Below, in pieces: positions 36,476-45,810 of a stretch of DNA of 64,000 bases (its first letter is position 1; every line of letters begins with the position of its first letter). The position numbers and the translations under genes are program-made. Origin of the DNA: Gaiella sp. (lineage in GTDB: Bacteria; Actinomycetota; Thermoleophilia; Gaiellales; Gaiellaceae); contig DATBET010000059.1 in the NCBI GenBank assembly GCA_036558885.1, positions 782-64,781 on the forward strand, in the 5' to 3' direction. The notes beneath the pieces were generated by a model, which saw only the letters and a program-made list of their open reading frames with translations, did no database searches and was not told the DNA's origin.

Positions 36476-36940
36476 ACGGACGACGTCCTCGCACGCTGGT
36501 TCTCGGCCGGGGTCGGCACCCGTCGTCTCGTCGTGGCGTTCTGCCTGGCCGTCACCCTCGTCGCGCTCGCTGTCCAGTACACCGATGCGTTCCGGGACGC
36601 GAACGACACGGCCCGCGCGAACGCCGCGCTCGACCTGATCGACCGCAAGGTCGGCGCCGGGAACTCCGTCTTCCCTGATCAGCAGCTGCTCGTCGAGGCG
36701 CTCGGCCTGATCCCCTCTGACGAGAGCTTCGCCGTCTCGGTCGGCCCGCCGCAGCCGGGCTGGACCGAGCTCACGGCCGACTCGGCGGAGCCCTTCCTTC
36801 GCTCGTTCCTGCTGCCGAGGCGCATCGATCCGAACGCGCCGTGGATCGTGTGCCTCGCCTGCGACCGCGCCGCCTATCCCGGGGCCGACCCGGTCTGGGA
36901 GGGCGAGGACGGGCTCTCGATCCTCAGGCGCGAGCTGTGA
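36476..36940 (+). CDS. Small membrane-anchored hypothetical protein (start ACG 36476 or GTG 36533)
   Basis: One N-terminal TM plus about 110 aa soluble domain; GTGA coupling to the next gene. Confidence 0.6.
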   Translation, partial: TDDVLARWFSAGVGTRRLVVAFCLAVTLVALAVQYTDAFRDANDTARANAALDLIDRKVGAGNSVFPDQQLLVEALGLIPSDESFAVSVGPPQPGWTELTADSAEPFLRSFLLPRRIDPNAPWIVCLACDRAAYPGADPVWEGEDGLSILRREL

Positions 36941-38313
36941 CCGTCCGCGCGATCCTGGGGCTCGCCGCCCTGAACGGCGCCTACGCCGTGCTCGGCAGCT
37001 CCCTGCTGTGGGCGATCCGTGGGCTGCCGCGGTGGTCGGACGCGCTGCGGCTGGCGGGTCTCGGCTACCTGATGGGCGTCGCGGCGTTCGGGGTCGTCTG
37101 GACGCAGTTGCTCGTGGTCGGCGTGCCGTTCGGCGGCTGGGGGGTCGTGCTCTCGTTGGCGGGCGGGACCGCCCTCGCGATCGTCACCGGGGTCCTCCTC
37201 GGCCGACGACGGCCGCACGGCTTCGGCGATCCCGACAGGCACGCGTCGAGCGGCGCCGTGCTCGTCACCGCCGTCGGCGTCGCGCTGACGGGCCTCCTGC
37301 TCGAGGCGATGTTTCGCGCGGCCCGGCTGCAGGGTCTGCAGGCGTACGACGCATGGGCGTTCTGGGTGCCGAAGGGCAAGGCGATCTTCTACTTCGGCGG
37401 GCTGGACCAGCAGGTGTTCACGACCTTCCCCGGGCCCACCTACCCGCCGCTCGTCCCGATCCTCGACGCGACCGCGTTCCACGCGATGGGGAGCGCGGAC
37501 GTGATCACGTTCCACCTCCAGTACTGGTTCCTCGCCGTCGGCGCGGTCGCGGCGATCGCGGGGATCCTCTACCGGCACGTGCCCGCCTGGCTCCTCTGGC
37601 CGCCGCTCCTCCTCGTCCTCACCGTCCCACGCGTCGCATCGGGCTTGCGGGTCCCGCAGGCTGACGTGCTCGTCGACGTCCTCTTCGTCGTCGGCGCGCT
37701 CCTCCTCGCGCTCTGGCTCCACGACGGTCGCGGCTGGAGGCTCGCGGCGGCGGCGGTCCTGTTCGCGGGCGCGGGCCTGACGAAGCGCGAGGGGCTCTTG
37801 TTCGCCGCCGCCGCGCTGGTCGTGGCGCTGGCGGCGTCCTTCGGGCGCCGCCGTGCCGCCTGGCCGCGCCTGCTGGCCGTCGGGGGGCTCGTGGCGGTCG
37901 CCGCGCTGCCGTGGCGGCTCTGGTACCGCAGCCACGGGCTCGGCGGCGAGGCGCCCACCGACGCAGGCGCCGGCGGCTCCGTCGACCGGATGCTCGACGC
38001 GCTGCGGCTCTCGGCCGACGTGCTCTTCGACACGACGCTGTGGTCCGTCGTGCCCGTCGTCGCGCTGATCGCCGTCGGCGCCGCCCTCGTCTGGGGTGAT
38101 CGCCGCCTGGCCGGGTTCCTCGCGGCCCTGCTCGGGCTCGTCTTCGTCGGCGGCGCGTGGGTGACCTACTCGTACCGCGACATCCCGATCACCGCGAACG
38201 AGTCCGTGAACCCGATCGTGCGCTACACGGTGGCGATCGTGCTCCTCGGGGCTGTGAGCATGCCGCTCCTGCTCGCCTCGGTGTGGCGAAGCGTCGCCGG
38301 GGAGCGCCCGTGA
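36937..38313 (+). CDS. GT-C (ArnT/PMT-like) multi-TM glycosyltransferase
   Basis: YDAWAFWVPKGK, TYPPLVP, QADV, TKREGL, RY motifs. Confidence 0.75.
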   Translation: MTVRAILGLAALNGAYAVLGSSLLWAIRGLPRWSDALRLAGLGYLMGVAAFGVVWTQLLVVGVPFGGWGVVLSLAGGTALAIVTGVLLGRRRPHGFGDPDRHASSGAVLVTAVGVALTGLLLEAMFRAARLQGLQAYDAWAFWVPKGKAIFYFGGLDQQVFTTFPGPTYPPLVPILDATAFHAMGSADVITFHLQYWFLAVGAVAAIAGILYRHVPAWLLWPPLLLVLTVPRVASGLRVPQADVLVDVLFVVGALLLALWLHDGRGWRLAAAAVLFAGAGLTKREGLLFAAAALVVALAASFGRRRAAWPRLLAVGGLVAVAALPWRLWYRSHGLGGEAPTDAGAGGSVDRMLDALRLSADVLFDTTLWSVVPVVALIAVGAALVWGDRRLAGFLAALLGLVFVGGAWVTYSYRDIPITANESVNPIVRYTVAIVLLGAVSMPLLLASVWRSVAGERP

Positions 38314-38681
38314 CGCGATCGACCGCACGGCTCGCTGCCGCGGCCATCATCGCCGTGCCGCTGCTCGGCTACCCGGCCGTCGTGCTCGCGGACGGCGCGC
38401 GCTTCCCGTCCGCCGACGACTGCGTCCACGTCGCAGAGCCCGGCGCCACCGGCGATCTCGACCTCGTCTTCGGCCGGCGCGACACCGTCGCCGAGGCGGA
38501 GCAGCTCCTCGAGCAGGTGAAGAACGTCGGCTACGTCGACGCGCAGGTGCAGGGGGACGGCTGCCTCCGCTGGAAGGTCGTCTACACGGGGATCGAGTCG
38601 TACGAGCAGGGCGCCAGCTCCGCGGCGGAGGCACGGCGGGCGGGCCTCGACCCCAGGATCGAGATCGCGCCCGGCGGCTGA
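38310..38681 (+). CDS. Small exported protein, SPOR-like domain
   Basis: N-terminal hydrophobic segment; FGRRDTVAEAEQLLEQVKNVGY..WKVVY..AEARRAGL; two Cys. Confidence 0.55.
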   Translation: MTRSTARLAAAAIIAVPLLGYPAVVLADGARFPSADDCVHVAEPGATGDLDLVFGRRDTVAEAEQLLEQVKNVGYVDAQVQGDGCLRWKVVYTGIESYEQGASSAAEARRAGLDPRIEIAPGG

Positions 38682-38699
38682 CCCCTACGATTCGACCCC

Positions 38700-40070
38700 G
38701 TGGCGACCCTCGCCCTCGACCGACCGCGTGTGGTCGCCCGGCGCGCCCCGGTCGTCGAGGGGCTGTTCTTCGCGACCGTGTTCACGGTCACGTTCGCCAA
38801 GCTGCAGTGGGAGGTCGCGGGCACGCTCGCGTTCTCCGACGTCGTCACGTTCCTGTTCCTGCTCGCGTTCGCCGTGCACCGTCTCGAGCGCTTCGACGGC
38901 CGCATGGCACGGGCGGCGTGGATCACGCTCGCGTTCTTCGCGGCGTTCCTGCTGGTCTACCTGATCGGCTACTTCAACCTCGACACCGCGCAGGCGCTCG
39001 CGCAGTGGGCGAAGGGAATGGTGAAGTTCCTCCTGCACTTTCTGTTCCTCGTCGCGGGGGTGGCGCTGATCGCGCGTCGGGGAGAGCGCTTCTACTGGCA
39101 GACGCTCGCCGCGTTCGTCGCCGGCGTCGCCGCCAATGCCGCGTACGGCGTCGTGCAGCTCGGCGTCGCGGAGGGCGCGGGCGCCAACCTCGACGCCGCC
39201 TGGCTCCAGCCGATCACGGGCGGGGCGAGCCAGATCAACGTCTACGGCGCGATCGGGGGCCAGGACGTGTACCGCATCAACGCCCTCACCGGCGACCCGA
39301 ACCACCTCGGAATCGAGCTCGCGGCCGTCCTCGTGCTGCTCCTGCCGCTCTACCTGCGACTGGAGCGCGGCCATCGCCTGCGGACGCCGCTGATGCTACT
39401 GCTCTCGTTCTTCCTCGTCGTCGAGCTCGCGACCCTCTCCCGCAGCGGGCTCCTCGGGCTCGCCTGCGGTCTCGCGGTGCTCGCCGTCCCGTACAGGCGG
39501 CACCTCCTCAGCGCGAGGTTCCTGGTGCCGCTCGGGGTCGTCCTCCTCGGCGTGCTCGCATTCGTCGCGAGACGCGCCGACTTCTTCGAGCAGGTGCTCC
39601 GTTCGCGCGTGTCGACCGAGGGGCAGGCCGTCTCCACGCACTTCGTCGTCTACGACTTCATCCCCGACGTCCTCTCGCAGCACCCCCTCTTCGGGCTCGG
39701 GCTGAACACGTTCTCGGTCTACTACGAGTTCGTCACGGGGCGGACGAACTTCGGGCCGCACTCGTTCTACGTGGCGCTGTTCGTCGAGACCGGCCTCGTC
39801 GGCGCGCTCGTGTTCGCGGCGTTCGTCGTCTACCTCTTCCGCAGGGCGGGCGCGACCCGGCGGATCGGGAAGGCGCTCGTCGAGCAAAGTGACCCGCTCG
39901 GAGCACGGGTGCGGCCCCTCGGCTGGGGGCTCACGGCGGCGCTCGTCGCGACCCTCGCTTCGAACGCGTTCTACCTCACGCTGTCGTTCTACTACTTCTT
40001 CGCGCTCGCGCTCCTCGCGATCGCCGCGCCGCCCGTCTTCGCGGCCCGGCTCGGCACGCGCCGCGCGTGA
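38700..40070 (+). CDS. O-antigen ligase/polymerase (Wzy_C) family protein
   Basis: RINALTGDPNHLG, TLSRSG, HPLFGLGLNTF, PHSFYVALFVETGLVG. Confidence 0.88.
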   Translation: MATLALDRPRVVARRAPVVEGLFFATVFTVTFAKLQWEVAGTLAFSDVVTFLFLLAFAVHRLERFDGRMARAAWITLAFFAAFLLVYLIGYFNLDTAQALAQWAKGMVKFLLHFLFLVAGVALIARRGERFYWQTLAAFVAGVAANAAYGVVQLGVAEGAGANLDAAWLQPITGGASQINVYGAIGGQDVYRINALTGDPNHLGIELAAVLVLLLPLYLRLERGHRLRTPLMLLLSFFLVVELATLSRSGLLGLACGLAVLAVPYRRHLLSARFLVPLGVVLLGVLAFVARRADFFEQVLRSRVSTEGQAVSTHFVVYDFIPDVLSQHPLFGLGLNTFSVYYEFVTGRTNFGPHSFYVALFVETGLVGALVFAAFVVYLFRRAGATRRIGKALVEQSDPLGARVRPLGWGLTAALVATLASNAFYLTLSFYYFFALALLAIAAPPVFAARLGTRRA

Positions 40071-41095
40071 AGGTCCTCGTCCTGACGACGTCCTATCCGC
40101 GCGACCGCGACGACGTCGCCGGGACGTTCGTGCGGGACGGGGTGGAGGCCTTGCGGGCGGAGGGGCTGGACGTGCGGGTCGTCTCCCCGGCGAGCTTCCG
40201 CCACTACGGCATCGCTTACGGCGACGGAATCGTCAACAACCTGCGGCGCGCGCCGTGGAAGGCGCTCGTGCTGCCGCTGTTCTTCCTCTCGTACGGGGCA
40301 GCAGCGCGACGCGCGGGCCGCGACGTAGACCTCGTCCACGCCCACTGGCTGCCGAGCGCGATTCCCGCGCTTGTCACGGGGAGGCCCTTCGTTCTCCAGC
40401 TCTGGGGCTCGGACGTCGCGCTCGCGCGGCGCATCCGGCCTCTCGCGCGATGGCTCGTCCAGCGGGCACGGGTGGTCGTCTGCGCCTCGCGGGCGCTCTC
40501 GGAGGACGCATGGCGGCTGGGGGCGCGGGACGTTCGCCTGATCCCGAGCGGCGTCGCGATACCCGAGACGGTCGCCGAGCCCGAGCAGCCACCGCACGCC
40601 CTCTTCGTCGGGCGGCTCTCCGAGGAGAAGGGCGTGCGGGAGCTCGCCGAGGCGGCGCGGGGGCTGCCGCTGGTCGTGGTCGGCGACGGGCCCCTCCGCT
40701 CGCTGTTCCCGCAGGCGACCGGCTTCGTGCCGCCGGCCGAGCTGGGCCCGTACTACGAGCGGGCGTCCGTCGTCGTCGTGCCGTCCCGGCGCGAGGGCTA
40801 CGGCATGGTCGCGCGGGAGGCGATGGCCTACGGCAGGCCGGTCGTCGCGACCGCCGTGGGCGGCCTCGTCGACGCGGTCGAGGACGGCGTCGCCGGGATC
40901 CTCGTCCCGGCGCGAGATCCGGTAGCGCTCAACGAAGCCGTCGCGCGGCTTCTGCGAAACGTCGAGGACCGCGATCGGCTCGGCGCCTCGGCGCGGGCCT
41001 TCGCGGTCGCGCACCTTTCGTGGGCGTCGTACGTTGAAGACGTCACGTCCGCGTACCGTCGCGCGAAAAGTTCACCCATGGAACACGGCTGGTGA
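40067..41095 (+). CDS. Glycosyltransferase family 4
   Basis: TTSYPR, HAHWLP, FVGRLSEEKG, REGYGMVAREAMAYGRPVVATAVGG. Confidence 0.92.
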   Translation: MKVLVLTTSYPRDRDDVAGTFVRDGVEALRAEGLDVRVVSPASFRHYGIAYGDGIVNNLRRAPWKALVLPLFFLSYGAAARRAGRDVDLVHAHWLPSAIPALVTGRPFVLQLWGSDVALARRIRPLARWLVQRARVVVCASRALSEDAWRLGARDVRLIPSGVAIPETVAEPEQPPHALFVGRLSEEKGVRELAEAARGLPLVVVGDGPLRSLFPQATGFVPPAELGPYYERASVVVVPSRREGYGMVAREAMAYGRPVVATAVGGLVDAVEDGVAGILVPARDPVALNEAVARLLRNVEDRDRLGASARAFAVAHLSWASYVEDVTSAYRRAKSSPMEHGW

Positions 41096-41940
41096 CGTGG
41101 GACCGAATCAGCCGTGAGGCGCTAACGTCCGGCGCCGTGGGCTCGCGGGTCGATTCGCCGCCGGAAAGCCGCCTCCTGAGGGAGATGACGTACTTCGAGT
41201 ACCAGCGGCGCGTTTGCCGCGATGTGATTCTTCCGTGGCTTGCGGTAAGGCTCGTGCTCCGCGGGCTTCGCGTCGGAGACTTCGGCGCTCATCAAGGAGG
41301 AATGCTGGACGCGCTACGCGAGTCGGGGCTCGTGGATCGCGCGCTCGGCTTCGAGGTCGGCGAGGAGATAGTCGCCTCCTCGCCGTTCGTCTCGGACGGG
41401 CGATTCCGGCTGGAATGCCGGGACATCCTCGATGTCGCGCCGGAAGGCGCCCTGTTCGATCTCGTCCTGATGCACGACGTCCTCGAGCACGTTCCGAACT
41501 ACGGTGACGCCCTCGATGCCGTGAGGAGGACACTCGGGGAGAGCGGCCATGCGTTCGTCTCGTTCCCTCCCTATCACTCGGCGTTCGGGGGCCATCAGCA
41601 GTTGGCCCGTGGCATGGCGCGGTCGATACCTTTCGTCCATCTCCTCCCCGCACGACTCTTCTTTCGTTTGGCGCAACCGGGCGAGACCGAGTACATGAGT
41701 GCTTCAGACGCCTGGGAGGACATGACCTCGGTCAGACGCACCCGGCTTTCTCTTTCACGTGCCGAACGAGCCTTCGCGCGATGTGGGCTACGCGTCGTCG
41801 ACCGGGACCTCTTCGTTGTTCGGCCCGAGTACACGGTGCGGTACGGCCTCAGGGCGCGCCGGGCGAAGGGAGTCGGACGTCTTGCGGGAGTGCGGGAGGT
41901 CCTGGTCAACGGCGCCTTCTACCTCCTGCGGCCCGAGTAG
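41092..41940 (+). CDS. Class I SAM-dependent methyltransferase
   Basis: VGDFGAHQGG, FDLVLMHDVLEHV, FPPYHSAFGGHQQ. Confidence 0.85.
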   Translation: MTWDRISREALTSGAVGSRVDSPPESRLLREMTYFEYQRRVCRDVILPWLAVRLVLRGLRVGDFGAHQGGMLDALRESGLVDRALGFEVGEEIVASSPFVSDGRFRLECRDILDVAPEGALFDLVLMHDVLEHVPNYGDALDAVRRTLGESGHAFVSFPPYHSAFGGHQQLARGMARSIPFVHLLPARLFFRLAQPGETEYMSASDAWEDMTSVRRTRLSLSRAERAFARCGLRVVDRDLFVVRPEYTVRYGLRARRAKGVGRLAGVREVLVNGAFYLLRPE

Positions 41941-42085
41941 GGCCAGCGCCCCTGTGTGCGTGAGGACGTGGACGTCCGATCGCACGTATTGGGTTCGCCG
42001 GAGCGGATCTGGACGAGGCCGTGATCTCACACCATTGGCAGACGCTGCCGCGCAGACGAAACCGCCTGGGGGAGCACGCGACGGC

Positions 42086-43912
42086 GTGAGCGCCCCGGTG
42101 ACGACCCGACGAGATCTCCGTCGCATCTCCGCGGCTCTGAGCCGAACGGCCCGCACCTCACCGTTCGAAACCGCTGTGGTCGTCGGAGCGATCGTCTACG
42201 CCCTACTTCGTCTCTCGCCCTCGTCATACGCCCTCTCCCTTCGTCTACTGGGCGCCGACGTCGACCCGTGGCTGGGGACGCCCCAGCCGATCCGCAGCGA
42301 CGAGTGGGCGCTGCTCACGCCGCTCTTCGAAGCCTCGGTCAACAACGGCTACGAGCGGATCAACGAGACGTCCTTCTACCACGAGACGCTTCTGAGCGTC
42401 ATCGGGCTCCCGCTGCACGACTGGGGGCTGATCTTCAAGCCACTCGTCTGGGGGTTCCTGGTCGTTCCCCCCTCCTTCGCGTACAGCATCTACTGGTCCG
42501 GCGCCGCAGCCCTGATGCTGATCGGCTGGTCGGTTCTGTTGAGGATTCTGGGCTTTCGACAGCCGACCGCCGCGTTGATCTCGCTGCTGATCTTCTTCAC
42601 CCCGTTCGTCCAGACGTGGTGGACGAATCCCGGTCCGCAACTGGCGTTCTTCCCCTGGGTGGTCATCGCCTGTCTCACCGTGAGGCGGTTGCCCCTGCTT
42701 GTGCCCGTGCTCGCCGCTCTCGTGCCGGTTTGGCTGATGTCGTTCTTCTACCCCGCCGGGATCTTTCCGTTGCTGTATCTCGGTGTCGCGCTCTGTATGG
42801 CATTGGGGCTCGAGAAGCCCAGCATGAGGCGCACGCTCGCGGTGGTGGTCGGCGGTCTCATCGGGGCGGGGATCACGCTGATGTACTTCCGCCCGGTCCT
42901 GAGCGCCTATTCAGACAGCTTCTACCCCGGGCATCGCTGGGTGACGGGCGGCGATCTGCCGATGTGGCAGGCGCTGTCCCAGGTCCTTCCCGGAACGACG
43001 ACGGAGGGGCACCAGCCGCTCATCCAGGCGAATATCTGTGAGGCCTCCGCGGTCACGACATGGCTTCCTGCGCTCGCTCTTTGCGTCGTCGACTGGTCGA
43101 AGGTTCGCGGGAACTACTCCCATGACCCGCTGCTGCGGCGCCGTCTCAGATCGATAGCGATTCTCATGGGCGCGGCGCTCGTCGTGACGCTGTGGCAGCT
43201 GACATCCCTCCTGAAGCCGCTGACCTACGTACTCGGCTTCGGGATCTCCGTCGAACAGCGCACGCTCTTCGCCTCGGGTGTACTGCTGGTCGTCGCCGCG
43301 GGGTATGCGATCGAAAAGCTGCCTCTCGCTGTGACCGCCGGCCGGCTGGGAGCATTCGCCGGGATCGTCGTCGGCGCGTGGCTGCTAGCGGGCTGGCGTC
43401 TGCAGCCGCACCCTCTCGTGCTGCGCGACGAGCTCCTGGTCCTTCTGCCTGTCGCCGCGCTTCTGCCGCTGGCGACTGTCACCGGACTTCGCGAAGGCAT
43501 GGATTGGCGTGCGTCGCTCGTGCTCGTTGCACTCCTGCCAACGGTCGCAGTCTGGGGTTTGTTCAATCCGGTCCAACGCACGACGGTCATGTTCCGGAAA
43601 CCGGACACAGAGGTCACGCGAGGCCTCGACACCTTGGCGGCCGAGCGCGAGGATGGCGCGATCGCGGTGGACGGCTTCCCCGGCGCGATGCTGAACGGCA
43701 TCGGCTATCGGTCCGTTACCCATTCGATCCTAACGCCGAGCCCGGAGCTCTTCAGGCGCTACTTTCCGGAGATCCCGGAGCCGAGATTCCAGTTCCTGTT
43801 CAATCGCTATGCATTCTTCGGCCTGACCAGGGCGAGCAGCCCCCAGCTCCTCTATGCGAACGCCGTTCTCCTACCCGTCGCACGGATGAGTCGGTACGCG
43901 GCTACCAGATAG
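42086..43912 (+). CDS. Multi-TM membrane protein with RSDEW loop motif (YfhO/GT-C-like); start uncertain
   Basis: PQPIRSDEWALLTP, IFKP..WGFL, FYPA, YPGHR, NICEAS; many TMs. Confidence 0.7.
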   Translation: MSAPVTTRRDLRRISAALSRTARTSPFETAVVVGAIVYALLRLSPSSYALSLRLLGADVDPWLGTPQPIRSDEWALLTPLFEASVNNGYERINETSFYHETLLSVIGLPLHDWGLIFKPLVWGFLVVPPSFAYSIYWSGAAALMLIGWSVLLRILGFRQPTAALISLLIFFTPFVQTWWTNPGPQLAFFPWVVIACLTVRRLPLLVPVLAALVPVWLMSFFYPAGIFPLLYLGVALCMALGLEKPSMRRTLAVVVGGLIGAGITLMYFRPVLSAYSDSFYPGHRWVTGGDLPMWQALSQVLPGTTTEGHQPLIQANICEASAVTTWLPALALCVVDWSKVRGNYSHDPLLRRRLRSIAILMGAALVVTLWQLTSLLKPLTYVLGFGISVEQRTLFASGVLLVVAAGYAIEKLPLAVTAGRLGAFAGIVVGAWLLAGWRLQPHPLVLRDELLVLLPVAALLPLATVTGLREGMDWRASLVLVALLPTVAVWGLFNPVQRTTVMFRKPDTEVTRGLDTLAAEREDGAIAVDGFPGAMLNGIGYRSVTHSILTPSPELFRRYFPEIPEPRFQFLFNRYAFFGLTRASSPQLLYANAVLLPVARMSRYAATR

Positions 43913-44001
43913 TCGCGGAGCGTCGGCCGTATCGCGACGCGCGTTCAGCGCGCAGTGCCTGACAAACGGGCGATCGCATGGCCGGCAGGCGCGCCGTCGT
44001 G

Positions 44002-44697
44002 TCACGAGCGGAGGGGCACGCAGCGAAAGCAAGCGCGTAACGGCAATCGGTCCATGGGGGCGCCTCGCCGGTGCGTGATCCGGAAGTGACGGGCGAGCAT
44101 CCGCGCGAACGAGTCCGGCGTCCACTGATGCAGGTGGTAGATGTCGCCGCCCCATTCGATCCGATCGCGAAGGACCAGGCCGGCGGGAGAGCGGCGGACG
44201 ATGCTCTTCACGCGACCGATCAGCGGATCGTTCGGCACCGTGATCACCGCCGTGCCCGACGGTCGCAGCAATCTCGCAATCGTGCCGAGCACGACCTCGG
44301 GATCGACGACGTGCTCGAGGACCTCGGTGCAGATGACGCGGTGGAACCCTTGCGCCGGAAGGTCGAGCTTGTCCACCTCGCCCTTCAGGAACCGCACGTC
44401 ATATCCCGCGAGGTTCACGCGCGCGATCGCGAGGTACCGGTCGGACACGTCGATCGCCGTGAGGCGGGCCTCGGGGAACATGCGCAGGACGTGCCCCCCG
44501 CCTGAGCCGACCTCGGCGACGTCGAGACCGTGAACATCTCCCATGAACGCCCGGATGGTCGCGAGTCGGCGGCGCTCGACGAACCGGATCGCGAACGGCG
44601 AGCGCTCGTAGTAGTCGTCGATCGGGTGCTCGACCGCCAAGCGGTCGTTTAGGCGCTCGACGTCGACATCCACGAATGCCGTCGGCGACAGGCTCAT
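44002..44697 (-). CDS. Class I SAM-dependent methyltransferase
   Basis: AEVGSGGG, ICTEVLEHVVDP, ITVPN. Confidence 0.88.
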   Translation of the reverse strand: MSLSPTAFVDVDVERLNDRLAVEHPIDDYYERSPFAIRFVERRRLATIRAFMGDVHGLDVAEVGSGGGHVLRMFPEARLTAIDVSDRYLAIARVNLAGYDVRFLKGEVDKLDLPAQGFHRVICTEVLEHVVDPEVVLGTIARLLRPSGTAVITVPNDPLIGRVKSIVRRSPAGLVLRDRIEWGGDIYHLHQWTPDSFARMLARHFRITHRRGAPMDRLPLRACFRCVPLRS

Positions 44698-44767
44698 GCC
44701 GCAAGGCTAATGGGAACCGCCGACGGCCCAGGAACCCACCGCCGCTGTGTTCCGCATACTGCGCGGC

Positions 44768-45799
44768 ATGGCGATGCGACCTTCGCGGCAGCCGGACGCC
44801 CCCGTCCTGCCGACGGTCGATGCCGAAGCCGGCTACCACGTCGCCGTCTCGGTCGTCGTGCCCGTCTACGACGAGCAGGACAACGTCGAGCCTCTCTACC
44901 GGGCACTCGTGCAGGCGCTCCAATCGCTGGGGCGCTCGTACGAGATCATCGTGGTCGACGACGGCAGCGACGATCAGACATACGCACGGCTGGTGCATCT
45001 GGCCGCGGCCGACTCCAATCTGAAGCTCGTCCAGTTGCGACGCAACTTCGGTCAGACGGCGGCCATGTCGGCCGGCTTCGACCATGCGGCGGGCGCAGTG
45101 ATCGTGCCGATGGACGGGGATCTCCAGAACGACCCGGCGGACATCGCCCGCCTGCTCGAGAAGATCGACGACGGCTACGACGTCGTGAGCGGCTGGCGGC
45201 GCGACCGTCAGGACGGGTTCGTGCGTCGGCTTCCGTCACGGATCGCCAACTGGCTGATCGGCCGTGTGACGGGCGTGCGGTTGCACGACTACGGATGCAC
45301 GCTCAAGGCATACCGCACGGACATCGTGCGCGACACCAACCTGTACGGCGAGATGCACCGGTTCCTCCCCGCACTCGCCTACCAGACCGGAGCACGCATC
45401 GCGGAGGTGCCCGTGGCGCACCATCCGCGTGTGTCCGGCCGAAGCAAGTACGGCCTCGGGCGCACCATGAAGGTGTTGCTCGATCTCGTCACAGTCAAGT
45501 TTCTCTCCGTCTGGTCGACGAAGCCGAGCTACGTCTTCGGCGGCAGTGGTGTCGTCCTCTGCGTTCTCGGTACGGGGTTCGTTTGCTGGACGGCCTACGA
45601 GAAACTCGTGAACGACGTATACGTGTACCGTCAACCCTCCCTCGTAGTCGGCGTCTTTCTGTTCACGATCGGACTCAACCTTTTTCTCATGGGCCTGCTC
45701 GCCGAGCTGGTCACGCGGACGTACCACGAGTCGCAGTCGAAGCCGATCTACCACATCCGCGAACGAACGAACTTCGAGGAGCGGACGCCGCTCCCCTAG
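44768..45799 (+). CDS. GT2 polyprenyl-phosphate glycosyltransferase
   Basis: VPVYDE, VDDGSDD, RRNFGQTAAMSAGF, MDGDLQNDP, LHDYGCTLKAYR, YGEMHRFLP. Confidence 0.92.
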   Translation: MAMRPSRQPDAPVLPTVDAEAGYHVAVSVVVPVYDEQDNVEPLYRALVQALQSLGRSYEIIVVDDGSDDQTYARLVHLAAADSNLKLVQLRRNFGQTAAMSAGFDHAAGAVIVPMDGDLQNDPADIARLLEKIDDGYDVVSGWRRDRQDGFVRRLPSRIANWLIGRVTGVRLHDYGCTLKAYRTDIVRDTNLYGEMHRFLPALAYQTGARIAEVPVAHHPRVSGRSKYGLGRTMKVLLDLVTVKFLSVWSTKPSYVFGGSGVVLCVLGTGFVCWTAYEKLVNDVYVYRQPSLVVGVFLFTIGLNLFLMGLLAELVTRTYHESQSKPIYHIRERTNFEERTPLP

Positions 45800-45810
45800 C
45801 GGCAACCCAC

